A stretch of 39,309 nucleotides of DNA from Flavobacteriales bacterium (GTDB taxonomy: Bacteria > Bacteroidota > Bacteroidia > Flavobacteriales_F > PHOS-HE28). Positions 1-8,466 of the stretch are shown piece after piece. The notes beneath the pieces were generated by a model, which was given only the letters and a program-made list of their open reading frames with translations, was not told where the DNA came from and did not search any database. The stretch covers positions 1 to 39,309 of the forward strand of contig JBIIYD010000002.1 of assembly GCA_044347005.1 (NCBI GenBank), in the 5' to 3' direction. A program made the translations under genes and the position numbers. How positions within the stretch are numbered: position 1 is the first letter of the stretch; the number at the start of each line of letters is the position of its first letter.

Positions 1-1
1 G

Positions 2-169
2 GAGGTAATGGACGCCTTGGGTCGTGTGCTCGCGACCCCTTACCATGGCATGGTCGTACCCGGCACCCTTCAGGTGGAACTGCCCATTGCCCAATTGCCG
101 ACCGGAGCCTATGTGCTGCGATCAAGCACGTCGGATGCGGTGAGTAGTACCATTTTCCTGGTGGACTGA
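2..169 (+). CDS. 3' end of a secreted protein with a T9SS type A C-terminal sorting domain (5' truncated by the window edge)
   Basis: Frame 2 is open from the window edge to TGA at 167-169. The translation ...EVMDALGRVLATPYHGMVVPGTLQVELPIAQLPTGAYVLRSSTSDAVSSTIFLVD has the D..GR.V ... L..G.Y.L pattern of the last strands of Por_Secre_tail domains. It is absent from the ORF track because it is open-ended. Confidence 0.6.
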   Translation, partial: EVMDALGRVLATPYHGMVVPGTLQVELPIAQLPTGAYVLRSSTSDAVSSTIFLVD

Positions 170-292
170 ACAACGGGGTTCTTGAAAGGCTACCAAGAAC
201 AGCCGACCATCGATGTTTGACGTAACGTTCCGACACATTACCTTAGTGGGCCTGCAAGTAGACCCTCTTTCTTTTCGGAACCCGATACAACG

Positions 293-2365
293 ATGAAACA
301 CGTTACCGCCTTTGCGGTCTCGGCATTGCTTTGCACACAAGCATTCGCTCAGCAGACCCCACCGTTCTCCTGCCATACCGGTGGCTCGGAATTCGATCGC
401 TCGCTCCATGGCGACGACCCCGACCTGATCCAGGCCATCGCCCAAGAACAGGAGGCACTTGAGCAATTCACCCGGGACTTTGCCCAACAGGGCGATGTAC
501 GAAGCGATTACGTGGTGCCCGTGGTTTTCCACATCATCCATAACAACGGGCCCGAGAACATCAGCGACGCCCAGGTACAGGACCAGATGAGGATCCTGAA
601 CGAGGACTTCAACAAACAGAATCCGGATTGGGACAACGTCAGACCTGAATTCCTTGACCTTGTTGCGGATGTGAGCATCGAGTTCAGGCTCGCTCAAAAG
701 GACCCTCAGGGCAATTGTACATCGGGCATCACCCGCACGGTGAGTACGCTCACCAACGTGGGCGACCAGAGTATGAAGGCCTTGATCCAATGGCCGCGCA
801 ACAAGTATTTGAACGTATGGGTGTCAGCATCCGCGAATGGCGCTGCGGGTTACGCATTGTTACCGGGCGCCGCACAATTCCTGGGCACCCAGGACGGCAT
901 CGTTCTGCAGCATACTTACGTGGGTAGTATCGGCACCGGTATTCCGCAGCGCTCCAGGGCATTGACCCACGAAGTGGGGCACTGGATCAATTTGGCCCAT
1001 ACATGGGGCAATAGCAACACACCGGCGGTAGCGGCCAATTGCAACGAGGACGACGGAGTTTCCGACACCCCTAACACCCAAGGCTGGACCAGCTGCAATT
1101 TGAACGGTGCCACTTGTGGCTCGGCATTGGACAACGTGGAGAATTATATGGACTACTCCTATTGTTCCAAGATGTTCACCCTTGGGCAGAAGACCAGGAT
1201 GATCGCCTCCTTGAACTCCACGACCGCACAACGCAACCAGCTGTGGCAAGCTTCGAACTTGACCGCTACCGGTGTTGCGGGAACGCCTCAACTCTGTGCA
1301 GCTTCCTTTACGAGTAGCGAGCAGAACGTCTGTTCTGGCGGTACGGTGAGCTTCACCGACGCGAGCTATCACGGCGTTGTAAGCCGCACATGGACCTTCG
1401 AAGGTGGTCAACCGGCCACTTCCACCGCAGCCAACCCCACGGTGACCTACCCCACGGCAGGCACCTTCGCGGTAACCTTGGAAGTGAGCGATGGGTCCAA
1501 TACCCTCACCAGTTCGCAGCAGAGTTACGTCACGGTGAACCCGAATACTGGGACCCTTGGCCCAGTACTCGAAGGCTTCGAGGCATACAGTGCACTGAGC
1601 GCTTCTCCTTGGACAGTGGTGAACGGCAACAGCAACAACACCTTCGACCTGACTTCCGCGGCAGCCTACAGTGGAAGCAAGTCCCTTCGTGTCGTGAACG
1701 CGACGAACATGGCCGAACAAGTGGATGAATTGATCTCCACCACCTATAACATGAGCGGCGTACCAGCCATCACCCTCTCCTACCGCTATGCGTTCGCGCG
1801 GCGGAGTGCCTCGAACGATGATCGTCTGAGGGTATTGGTGACCAATAACTGCGGTGAGACCTGGAGTCTCAGGCAGCAGCTTCGGGGCAGTACCAATCTG
1901 AGCACGGCAGACAATACCACGAGCAGCTTCGTACCCAATGGTCCGGATCAATGGGGCTACTCCGAGGTGACCAACATCAGCAACGCCTACCACGTGAGCA
2001 ACTTCCGCTTCAAGTTCGAATTCGAAAGCGATGGCGGTAACAACGTATACCTGGACGACATCAACCTGAACGGAGCCGCGGTGGGCATCGAAGACCTGAT
2101 GCTCGGAGATGACAATGCGCTTTTCGTAGTGCCGAACCCGGCGACCGATGAGGCCCGTGCGATCGTCAACCTGAGCGAGAGCGGCAAGGTCGACATTGAA
2201 TTGCTCGATGTGTTGGGCAGAAGCATCCAGGTGATCCACTCCGGCCGTTTGGCCCAAGGAGCTCACCGCCTGGACATACCCATGGGATCACTCCAGAGCG
2301 GCATGTACTTCGTCCGCTTGCAGCAAGGTGCCCGCAACCAAGTGGTGCGGTTCGTGGTGCGTTGA
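293..2365 (+). CDS. M43-family (cytophagalysin/pappalysin-like) zinc metalloprotease with a PKD module, a MAM/choice-of-anchor-J-like beta-sandwich and a T9SS type A CTD
   Basis: 690-aa ORF starting at ATG 293 with signal peptide MKHVTAFAVSALLCTQAFAQ. Zinc site HEVGHWINLAHTW is followed by DTP...NYMDYSYC..MFT.GQ..RM, the Peptidase_M43 signature. PKD-like segment VSFTDAS..WTFEGG..TYPTAGTFAVTLEVSDG. Jelly-roll-like segment GFEAY..WTVVNGNSNNTFDL...VYLDDINLNG. C-terminal VVPNPATDEARAIV..LDVLGRSI..LQSGMYFVRL matches Por_Secre_tail. Confidence 0.9.
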   Translation: MKHVTAFAVSALLCTQAFAQQTPPFSCHTGGSEFDRSLHGDDPDLIQAIAQEQEALEQFTRDFAQQGDVRSDYVVPVVFHIIHNNGPENISDAQVQDQMRILNEDFNKQNPDWDNVRPEFLDLVADVSIEFRLAQKDPQGNCTSGITRTVSTLTNVGDQSMKALIQWPRNKYLNVWVSASANGAAGYALLPGAAQFLGTQDGIVLQHTYVGSIGTGIPQRSRALTHEVGHWINLAHTWGNSNTPAVAANCNEDDGVSDTPNTQGWTSCNLNGATCGSALDNVENYMDYSYCSKMFTLGQKTRMIASLNSTTAQRNQLWQASNLTATGVAGTPQLCAASFTSSEQNVCSGGTVSFTDASYHGVVSRTWTFEGGQPATSTAANPTVTYPTAGTFAVTLEVSDGSNTLTSSQQSYVTVNPNTGTLGPVLEGFEAYSALSASPWTVVNGNSNNTFDLTSAAAYSGSKSLRVVNATNMAEQVDELISTTYNMSGVPAITLSYRYAFARRSASNDDRLRVLVTNNCGETWSLRQQLRGSTNLSTADNTTSSFVPNGPDQWGYSEVTNISNAYHVSNFRFKFEFESDGGNNVYLDDINLNGAAVGIEDLMLGDDNALFVVPNPATDEARAIVNLSESGKVDIELLDVLGRSIQVIHSGRLAQGAHRLDIPMGSLQSGMYFVRLQQGARNQVVRFVVR

Positions 2366-2387
2366 CCTGCGGATCGCTGGCCAAGCT

Positions 2388-2433
2388 CATGCCTTCGGTG
2401 GTGGAAACGACTACATCCACCATCGAAGGCATG
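2388..2433 (+). terminator. Long hairpin between the two M43 paralogues (possible terminator or attenuator; no clean U tract)
   Basis: catgccttcggtggtgga (2388-2405) pairs with tccaccatcgaaggcatg (2416-2433). This gives 18 bp with one G-U pair and a 10-nt loop. It lies 23 nt after the stop of the first M43 gene and is followed by ttgcttgg. Confidence 0.4.
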
Positions 2434-2557
2434 TTGCTTGGTAGCTTGATCCCCGCTGGCTTACCAAGAAGCATGAGTGGTCAGGTCCTGGTACTTGCCA
2501 CCCTCTCAGAACGATCGACGTACCTTGTTGTTCCATGAAAACAGTTCCCACGAACCA

Positions 2558-4636
2558 ATGAACCGTACTCTACTCGCTACAGCCATTTTTGCCCTTCTCG
2601 GCACCAGTACCTTGGCCCAGGCACCAAGCCCCCTGCCATGCCACGCCGATGACCTGAGCAAACTCGTGTCGTTGCATGGGAACGACCCCGTGGAGCTGGC
2701 GCGCATGGCCCAGGCCGAAGCAGAACTGGAGGAGTTCACCCGGGAGTTCGAGGCCAGCGGCGCCCAAGGCGCAAGGGTCGATTATGTGCTGCCGGTGGTC
2801 TTCCATGTGATCCACAACAATGGTCCGGAGAATATCAGCGACGAACAGATCTTCGATGCTATTCGCGTGTTGAACGACGATTTCAACAAATTGAACTCCG
2901 ATTGGCCGAACGTCAGGCCACAGTTCCTGGACCTCGTTGCCGATGTGGGCATCGAGTTCCGCCTGGCGCGTAAGGACCCCCAGGGCAACTGCACCAACGG
3001 TATTACCCGCACGGTGAGCAGCCTTACCTATGTGGGGGACCAGGAAATGAAGGAGCTTATCCAGTGGCCCAGGAACAAGTACCTGAACGTGTGGGTGGCT
3101 GCCTCGGCCAATGGAGCCGCGGGCTATACGTATCGTCCGGGCTCGGTATCCACCTGGCCGGTGGCCGATGGCATCGTACTCCTGCACAACTACACCGGAA
3201 GCATCGGTACCAGCAGCGCCTATACCTCGCGCACATTGACCCACGAGGTTGGGCACTGGATCAATCTGGCGCACACTTGGGGCAACAGCAACGATGCGGC
3301 CCTGGCCAGCAACTGTAGTAGTGACGATGGCGTTACCGATACGCCGAACACCATCGGATGGACGAGTTGCAACCTGAATGGCGCGACCTGCGGTTCAGCC
3401 CTGGACAACGTCGAGAACTACATGGACTACTCTTACTGTTCCAAGATGTTCACGCTTGGCCAATCGACACGCATGTTGGCCGCGATGAATTCCGGCACTG
3501 CGCAGCGGAATCAGTTGTGGCAGCCGTCGAACCTGGCGGCCACCGGTGTAGATGGACCTGGAGAGCTTTGTGTGGCCAACTTCATCAGCTCGTCGAACAG
3601 CATTTGTTCCGGCTCCATCGTGGATTTCAATGATGTGAGCTACCACAACGTAACGTCCCGTACATGGAGCTTCCCCGGCGGGGATCCATCCACCTCTTCG
3701 GAAGAGGCACCTTCGGTGGTATACACCACTCCCGGCGTATACCCTGTCGTACTGGAGGTTACCGATGGAACCACGACCCTCTCCCGTTCCGATACGGCAT
3801 ACATCACGGTATTGTCCAACCCGGGCGCCTCGGTCCCTCTGGAAGATGGCTTCGAAAGCTACACGACCATCGGTGATGCCCCTTGGACAGCTGTGGATGC
3901 CGATGGGGACAACGGGTTCTCCTTGACCTCCGCAGCCGCCTTCACCGGGACCAAGAGCGTGCGACTGGCCAATACATCGGCCATGGCGACCCGCAAGGAC
4001 GAGCTTGTTTCCACGACCTACGACATGAGCGCCGTTGGCAACATCCGGATCAGCTACCGGTATGCATTCGCCCAGCGGAATTCGGCGAACGACGATCGCC
4101 TTCGTTTCTATGTCTCGAACAACTGCGGTGAGACCTGGAGCTTGCGCCAGCAGCTGCGCGGCAGTACGAACCTGACCACCGGGGGTGTCGTTACGGGAAC
4201 GTTCGTACCGGTGACAAGTGCTCAATGGGAATTTGCCGAGGTAAGCAATGTGAGCGACTCCTATCACACACCCGATTTCCGATTCAAGTTCGAATTCGAA
4301 AGCGATGGTGGCAACTACCTCTACATCGATGACATCAACATCAACGGTTCGCCCGTGGGTATCGAAGACGTTGCACAAGCCTCCTCGGAACCGATGGTCG
4401 TACCCAATCCTGCCAGAGGCCAGGCCCAACTGATGTTCAACCTGGAGACCAGCGGAATGGTAGAACTGGAAATGCTCGATGTCCTGGGCCGATCCATAAC
4501 CACCCTCAAGGCGGGACAAATGGCGGCCGGGCTTCATCGTCTGGACCTGCCGGTCTCCAGCCTTCAGAGTGGGCTCTACTTCATTCGTATGCAGCAGGGT
4601 GCCAGCAAGAAAGTGGTGCGCTTCATTGTGGAGTGA
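2558..4636 (+). CDS. Second M43-family zinc metalloprotease, a tandem paralogue with the same PKD, beta-sandwich and type A CTD architecture
   Basis: ORF 2477..4636. I moved the start to ATG 2558 because MNRTLLATAIFALLGTSTLAQA is a signal peptide equivalent to that of the upstream paralogue. It has HEVGHWINLAHTW, DTPNT, NYMDYSYCSKMFTLGQ and the C-terminal MVVPNPARGQAQLMF..LDVLGRSI..LQSGLYFIRM. It is collinear with 293..2365 over the whole length. Confidence 0.9.
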   Translation: MNRTLLATAIFALLGTSTLAQAPSPLPCHADDLSKLVSLHGNDPVELARMAQAEAELEEFTREFEASGAQGARVDYVLPVVFHVIHNNGPENISDEQIFDAIRVLNDDFNKLNSDWPNVRPQFLDLVADVGIEFRLARKDPQGNCTNGITRTVSSLTYVGDQEMKELIQWPRNKYLNVWVAASANGAAGYTYRPGSVSTWPVADGIVLLHNYTGSIGTSSAYTSRTLTHEVGHWINLAHTWGNSNDAALASNCSSDDGVTDTPNTIGWTSCNLNGATCGSALDNVENYMDYSYCSKMFTLGQSTRMLAAMNSGTAQRNQLWQPSNLAATGVDGPGELCVANFISSSNSICSGSIVDFNDVSYHNVTSRTWSFPGGDPSTSSEEAPSVVYTTPGVYPVVLEVTDGTTTLSRSDTAYITVLSNPGASVPLEDGFESYTTIGDAPWTAVDADGDNGFSLTSAAAFTGTKSVRLANTSAMATRKDELVSTTYDMSAVGNIRISYRYAFAQRNSANDDRLRFYVSNNCGETWSLRQQLRGSTNLTTGGVVTGTFVPVTSAQWEFAEVSNVSDSYHTPDFRFKFEFESDGGNYLYIDDININGSPVGIEDVAQASSEPMVVPNPARGQAQLMFNLETSGMVELEMLDVLGRSITTLKAGQMAAGLHRLDLPVSSLQSGLYFIRMQQGASKKVVRFIVE

Positions 4637-4652
4637 GCGACCGTGGATCCTG

Positions 4653-4683
4653 AAAAAGCCCTGCCTGAAAGGCGGGGCTTTTT
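4653..4683 (+). terminator. Rho-independent terminator of the second M43 gene
   Basis: aaaaagccctgcc tgaaa ggcggggcttttt: a 9-bp GC-rich stem (one G-U pair), a 5-nt loop and a T5 run, 17 nt after the stop at 4636. Confidence 0.75.
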
Positions 4684-4804
4684 CACAGGGTTCCGGCACA
4701 TAAGCACCCCGAATTGGCAACCGCACATGCCAGCATGGGGCTCTTTTCCTTTCGCCTTTCCGTAGTGCACCCGAAAAGGCCTTACCAGGAAGATCCGGTC
4801 ACAG

Positions 4805-4844
4805 AAAACAGGAAGCCCCACCTTGGGGCGGGGCTTCCTGTTTT
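4805..4844 (-). terminator. Bidirectional rho-independent terminator immediately downstream of tRNA-Gln
   Basis: aaaacaggaagcccc (4805-4819) pairs with ggggcttcctgtttt (4830-4844). This is a 13-15 bp stem with an A tract on one side and a T tract on the other. It sits 8 nt past the 3' end of the minus-strand tRNA. Confidence 0.75.
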
Positions 4845-4851
4845 CAACTTG

Positions 4852-4924
4852 TTGGCCGACTAGGGCTCGAACCTAGACTCTTCTGAACCAAAATCAGACG
4901 TGTTGCCAGTTACACCATCGGCCA
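4852..4924 (-). tRNA. tRNA-Gln (anticodon UUG)
   Basis: The reverse complement folds by hand into a cloverleaf. Acceptor stem TGGCCGA/TCGGCCA with U1-A72, as is typical for bacterial tRNA-Gln. D stem GTGT/ACAC with loop AACTGGCA. Anticodon stem TCTGA/TCAGA with loop TT-TTG-GT. T stem CTAGG/CCTAG with loop TTCGAGC. Discriminator A; CCA is not encoded. Length 73 nt. Confidence 0.9.
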
Positions 4925-5089
4925 GCGACCGGCTTTTCCGCCGAAGCGGGTGCGAAAGTAAGAACTTCCGTTGTTCGTCCCAAGCAATGATCAACCCGGG
5001 CGACATTGGGTATTTTCGCCCCGCTTGCCGGATCACCTCCGTTGGAGGGGTCATCACATCGAGCAGCCACCGTATCGGATCCCCACCTT

Positions 5090-8000
5090 ATGGAATACAA
5101 GAAGCTCAACATCATTACAGGCTGGTCCGTGTTCCTGATCGCCGCCTGGACGTACATATCCACGATCGAACCAACGGCCAGTTTCTGGGATTGTGGGGAA
5201 TTCATCGCCACGGCCTTCAAACTGCAGGTGGGCCACCCTCCAGGAGCGCCTCTCTTTATGATCCTAGCCCGGGTGGCCAGCGTTTTCGTGAGTCCGGAGA
5301 ACGTTCCGGTAGCGGTCAACGTCCTTAGCGCGCTGGCCAGTGCCTTTACCATTCTGTTCCTGTTCTGGAGCATTACCCACATGGCCCATAAACTGGCCAC
5401 ACGGGATGGTGCGGTCCTTACCACCGGCGCGCTGATCGCCGTGCTGGGCAGTGGCGTCGTAGGTGCCTTGGCCTACACTTGGAGCGATAGCTTCTGGTTC
5501 AGTGCCGTCGAGGGCGAGGTCTATGCCTTGTCCAGCTTTTTCACCGCGATCGTATTCTGGGCCATCCTGAAGTGGGAAAGCGAGGCGGACCAACCCCACA
5601 GCACGCGGTGGCTGATCCTGATCGCCTACCTCATGGGCCTTAGCATAGGCGTGCACCTGCTCAACCTCCTGTGCATTCCGGCCATCGCCTTCGTCTATTA
5701 CTTCAAACGCTATCCTGTCACCACCCGCGGGATCCTCATGACCTTGGTCGTTTCCGCAGTGATCCTCGGTACGATCCAGGCCATCATCATACCTGGCATC
5801 GTCAAAGTGGCCGGTTCGTTCGAGTTGCTGTTCGTCAATGACATCGGTTTGCCGTTCAACAGTGGCAACCTGGTCTATGCCGTGCTGTTGGTAGGTCTGC
5901 TGATCTATGGCCTGGTCTGGACACAGCGCAACGGCAAGGTGCTCTGGAATACGGTGATCCTTGGCGTGAGCGTGATCCTCGTGGGCTACAGCACCTATGC
6001 GATGATCGTGATCCGTAGCACGGCCAACCCGCCCATCGACGAGAACAATCCCGAGAACGTCTTCAACCTGCTGAGCTACTTGAACCGAGAACAATACGGC
6101 GACAGGCCACTGCTCATGGGCCAGTTCTGGGACAGCCCCTATGCCAGTGAGCGAAAGGACGGCAACCCGGTGTACACCGCCACTTATCAGGTGAAGAAGG
6201 ACGACCGGGTCGTTCGTAACGAATACGACCGTTGGAGCGCGCGCCACTTCGTGGAGACCAACCCCGGCCATACCCTGGAGCATAAATACATCGTGACCGA
6301 TAGCCGCAAGGGCAGCGAAGTGGTCTACGAACCGGAATTCACCATGCTGTTCCCGCGGATGTACAGCAGCCAGGGCAGCCACGTGGACGCCTACAAGGAA
6401 TGGAGCGGATTCAAAGGGATACCGATGCGGAGCACCGACCGCGAGGGTAAGCCTACGATCATCTACAAGCCGACCTTCGGGGAGAACCTGCGGTATTTCA
6501 TGGACTACCAGGTGAACTGGATGTACGGGCGCTACTTCATGTGGAATTTCGCCGGTCGGCAGAACGATGTCCAGGGGCACGGCAGCATCCTGGACGGCAA
6601 CTGGCTCAGTGGGGTCAAGGCCATCGATTCGCAGCGCTTGGGGAACCAGGACATGCTGCCGCCGAGCATGACGGAAAACCGCGGGTTCAACCGGTTCTAT
6701 CTGCTTCCCCTTCTTCTGGGGGTGATCGGCCTGGTGTACCAGCTGATGCGCCATTTGCGCGATTGGAGCGTGGTGATGTTGCTCTTCCTGTTCACCGGTA
6801 TGGCCATCGTGGTCTACCTGAACCAAACCCCCTATCAGCCCCGCGAGCGCGACTATGCCTATGTGGGTTCGTTCTACGCTTTCGCGATCTGGATCGGCCT
6901 CGGGGTCTATGCCTTGTACGATGCTGCGCGTTCCATGAAGCAACGCGAACTCGGAATGGCGGTTGGTGCCGCATTCGGTCTGGGTTTGCTCAAGTATGTG
7001 GTGGAATGGGACGGCGACCATTCCATTTCCTATATGCTCTTCTATATGGGCGCATTGGGTGGTGGTGTGCTCGGCCTGTTCCTGTTGCTCGGCAAGACCG
7101 TCAAGAATGATGCGTTACAGGGCATCCTCGCCACGCTTCTCGGGCTCGTCATCCCCGGCATCATGGTGGCCGAAGGCTGGGACGACCACGACCGCAGCAC
7201 CCGCAAACCCGCACGTGATCTGGCGAGCAATTACCTGGAAAGCTGTGCACCGAACGCGATCTTGTTCACCAACGGCGATAATGACACATTCCCGCTCTGG
7301 TACGCGCAGGAGGTGGAAGGGATCCGCACCGATATCCGTGTCGTGAACCTGAGCCTGCTCAACACGGACTGGTACATCGATCAAATGCGACGTAAGGCGT
7401 ACGAGAGCGACCCGGTCCCCTTCGCCATGGCTCCGGACAAATACCGGCAGGGTACCCGGGATGTTATCGCCCTGTTGCCGCAAGGCGACAAGGAATCCTA
7501 TCGGGACCTGAAGGAAATGATGGCCTTCGCCACGAACGACAAGAACATGCAACCGATCTTCCAGCGGGGGGTGAAGGACGCCTGGTTCCCCACGAACCGC
7601 TTCAAGCTCATGGCCGACAGTGTCACTGTCTTCTCCAATGGGACCTTGTCGCTCAAGGACAGCGCCAACTGGACGCCAGAAGTGCGTTGGCAGATACGCC
7701 GACAGGTATTGCTGAAGAACCACTTGATGGTGCTGGACCTGTTGGCGAACAACAATTGGGAACGACCGATCTACTTCGCCGTTACCACCGGTCCGGACAG
7801 CTATATCGACCTGCAGGACCATTTCCAGTTGGAAGGCCTTACCTACCGCGTCGTGCCTGTGAATTCGCCGAACAAGAACCCGAATCTGCAGGGGCGTGTC
7901 GCCGCGGATCTCATGTTCGAGAACGTAACGACAAAATTCCTGTGGGGTAATATGGACAGCGAAAAGCCGGTCTACCTGGACGAGAACATCCTGCGGATGA

Positions 8001-8452
8001 CGACCAACCTGCGCCTTCAGCTGAGCAGCCTTGCCGAAGCCCTGATCGAGGAAGGCAAGACGGACAAGGCACGCACCATCCTGGACCTGTCACTGGCAAA
8101 AATGCCCGAACACAACGTGCCTTTCGACCGGATCCTGCTGCCCACCGTGGAGGCCTACTATGCGATCGGCGACAAGGAGAAGGGCAACCAGCTCTCCGAG
8201 CGGCTCTTCTCCATCATGGAGGAGAACCTGACCTACTACATGAGCTTGGAGACGAAGTTCGCGAGCCGACTGGACAGCGAGATGGCCATTTCACATGCCG
8301 TCATGGGCAGGTTGATGACCAATACCGACAAGGAGGACCCGGCAGCCGGCAAGCTGCTGCGTGAGCGCTTCGAGCGGATCGATGAGGTGTACCAAGGCAA
8401 ACTCCTGGAACTGCAAGCTGAAGGACGCAGGACGTCCCGGATGAAATTCTAA
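5090..8452 (+). CDS. DUF2723-family polytopic membrane protein (GT-C-like putative glycosyltransferase) with a soluble helical C-terminal region
   Basis: ORF 5006..8452. I moved the start to ATG 5090. The N-terminus MEYKKLNIITGWSVFLIAAWTYISTIEPTASFWDCGEFIATAFKLQVGHPPGAPLF is the conserved DUF2723 start as I remember it from Bacteroidota proteins. Many hydrophobic helices occupy the first two thirds, and the last third is helical and TPR-like. Confidence 0.75.
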   Translation: MEYKKLNIITGWSVFLIAAWTYISTIEPTASFWDCGEFIATAFKLQVGHPPGAPLFMILARVASVFVSPENVPVAVNVLSALASAFTILFLFWSITHMAHKLATRDGAVLTTGALIAVLGSGVVGALAYTWSDSFWFSAVEGEVYALSSFFTAIVFWAILKWESEADQPHSTRWLILIAYLMGLSIGVHLLNLLCIPAIAFVYYFKRYPVTTRGILMTLVVSAVILGTIQAIIIPGIVKVAGSFELLFVNDIGLPFNSGNLVYAVLLVGLLIYGLVWTQRNGKVLWNTVILGVSVILVGYSTYAMIVIRSTANPPIDENNPENVFNLLSYLNREQYGDRPLLMGQFWDSPYASERKDGNPVYTATYQVKKDDRVVRNEYDRWSARHFVETNPGHTLEHKYIVTDSRKGSEVVYEPEFTMLFPRMYSSQGSHVDAYKEWSGFKGIPMRSTDREGKPTIIYKPTFGENLRYFMDYQVNWMYGRYFMWNFAGRQNDVQGHGSILDGNWLSGVKAIDSQRLGNQDMLPPSMTENRGFNRFYLLPLLLGVIGLVYQLMRHLRDWSVVMLLFLFTGMAIVVYLNQTPYQPRERDYAYVGSFYAFAIWIGLGVYALYDAARSMKQRELGMAVGAAFGLGLLKYVVEWDGDHSISYMLFYMGALGGGVLGLFLLLGKTVKNDALQGILATLLGLVIPGIMVAEGWDDHDRSTRKPARDLASNYLESCAPNAILFTNGDNDTFPLWYAQEVEGIRTDIRVVNLSLLNTDWYIDQMRRKAYESDPVPFAMAPDKYRQGTRDVIALLPQGDKESYRDLKEMMAFATNDKNMQPIFQRGVKDAWFPTNRFKLMADSVTVFSNGTLSLKDSANWTPEVRWQIRRQVLLKNHLMVLDLLANNNWERPIYFAVTTGPDSYIDLQDHFQLEGLTYRVVPVNSPNKNPNLQGRVAADLMFENVTTKFLWGNMDSEKPVYLDENILRMTTNLRLQLSSLAEALIEEGKTDKARTILDLSLAKMPEHNVPFDRILLPTVEAYYAIGDKEKGNQLSERLFSIMEENLTYYMSLETKFASRLDSEMAISHAVMGRLMTNTDKEDPAAGKLLRERFERIDEVYQGKLLELQAEGRRTSRMKF

Positions 8453-8466
8453 CCTCGGCATTGCGC

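Noticed and set aside
122-790. 222-aa minus-strand ORF spanning the first intergenic region
   Set aside because: It overlaps both the 3' end of the truncated CTD gene and the 5' part of the M43 gene on the opposite strand. It has no motifs and is a shadow ORF.
2477-2557. N-terminal extensions of track ORFs (2477-2557, 5006-5089, 33374-33490, 35717-35812, 35728-35901, 12231-12236, 8461-8466)
   Set aside because: In each case an internal ATG gives a canonical signal peptide or family N-terminus, and often a tight or overlapping junction with the upstream gene. The extensions start at non-ATG codons or add residues that are not signal-like.
860-4726. 468-aa (860..2266) and 443-aa (3395..4726) minus-strand ORFs
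   Set aside because: Each lies fully antisense to one of the M43 protease genes, which have unambiguous motifs. The two antisense products also resemble each other only because the sense genes are paralogues. They are shadow ORFs.
5018-5025. TATTTTCG upstream of the DUF2723 gene, and TACTTTCG (reverse complement, about 4955-4962) upstream of tRNA-Gln, as promoter -7 boxes
   Set aside because: Both deviate from TAnnTTTG at the conserved seventh position (C instead of T), and I could not find matching -33 elements. The evidence is too weak to report as features.
5264-7021. 585-aa minus-strand ORF
   Set aside because: It is antisense to the DUF2723 membrane protein gene. Its composition is rich in His, Asp, Gly and Val with no hydrophobic or domain pattern. 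It is a shadow ORF.
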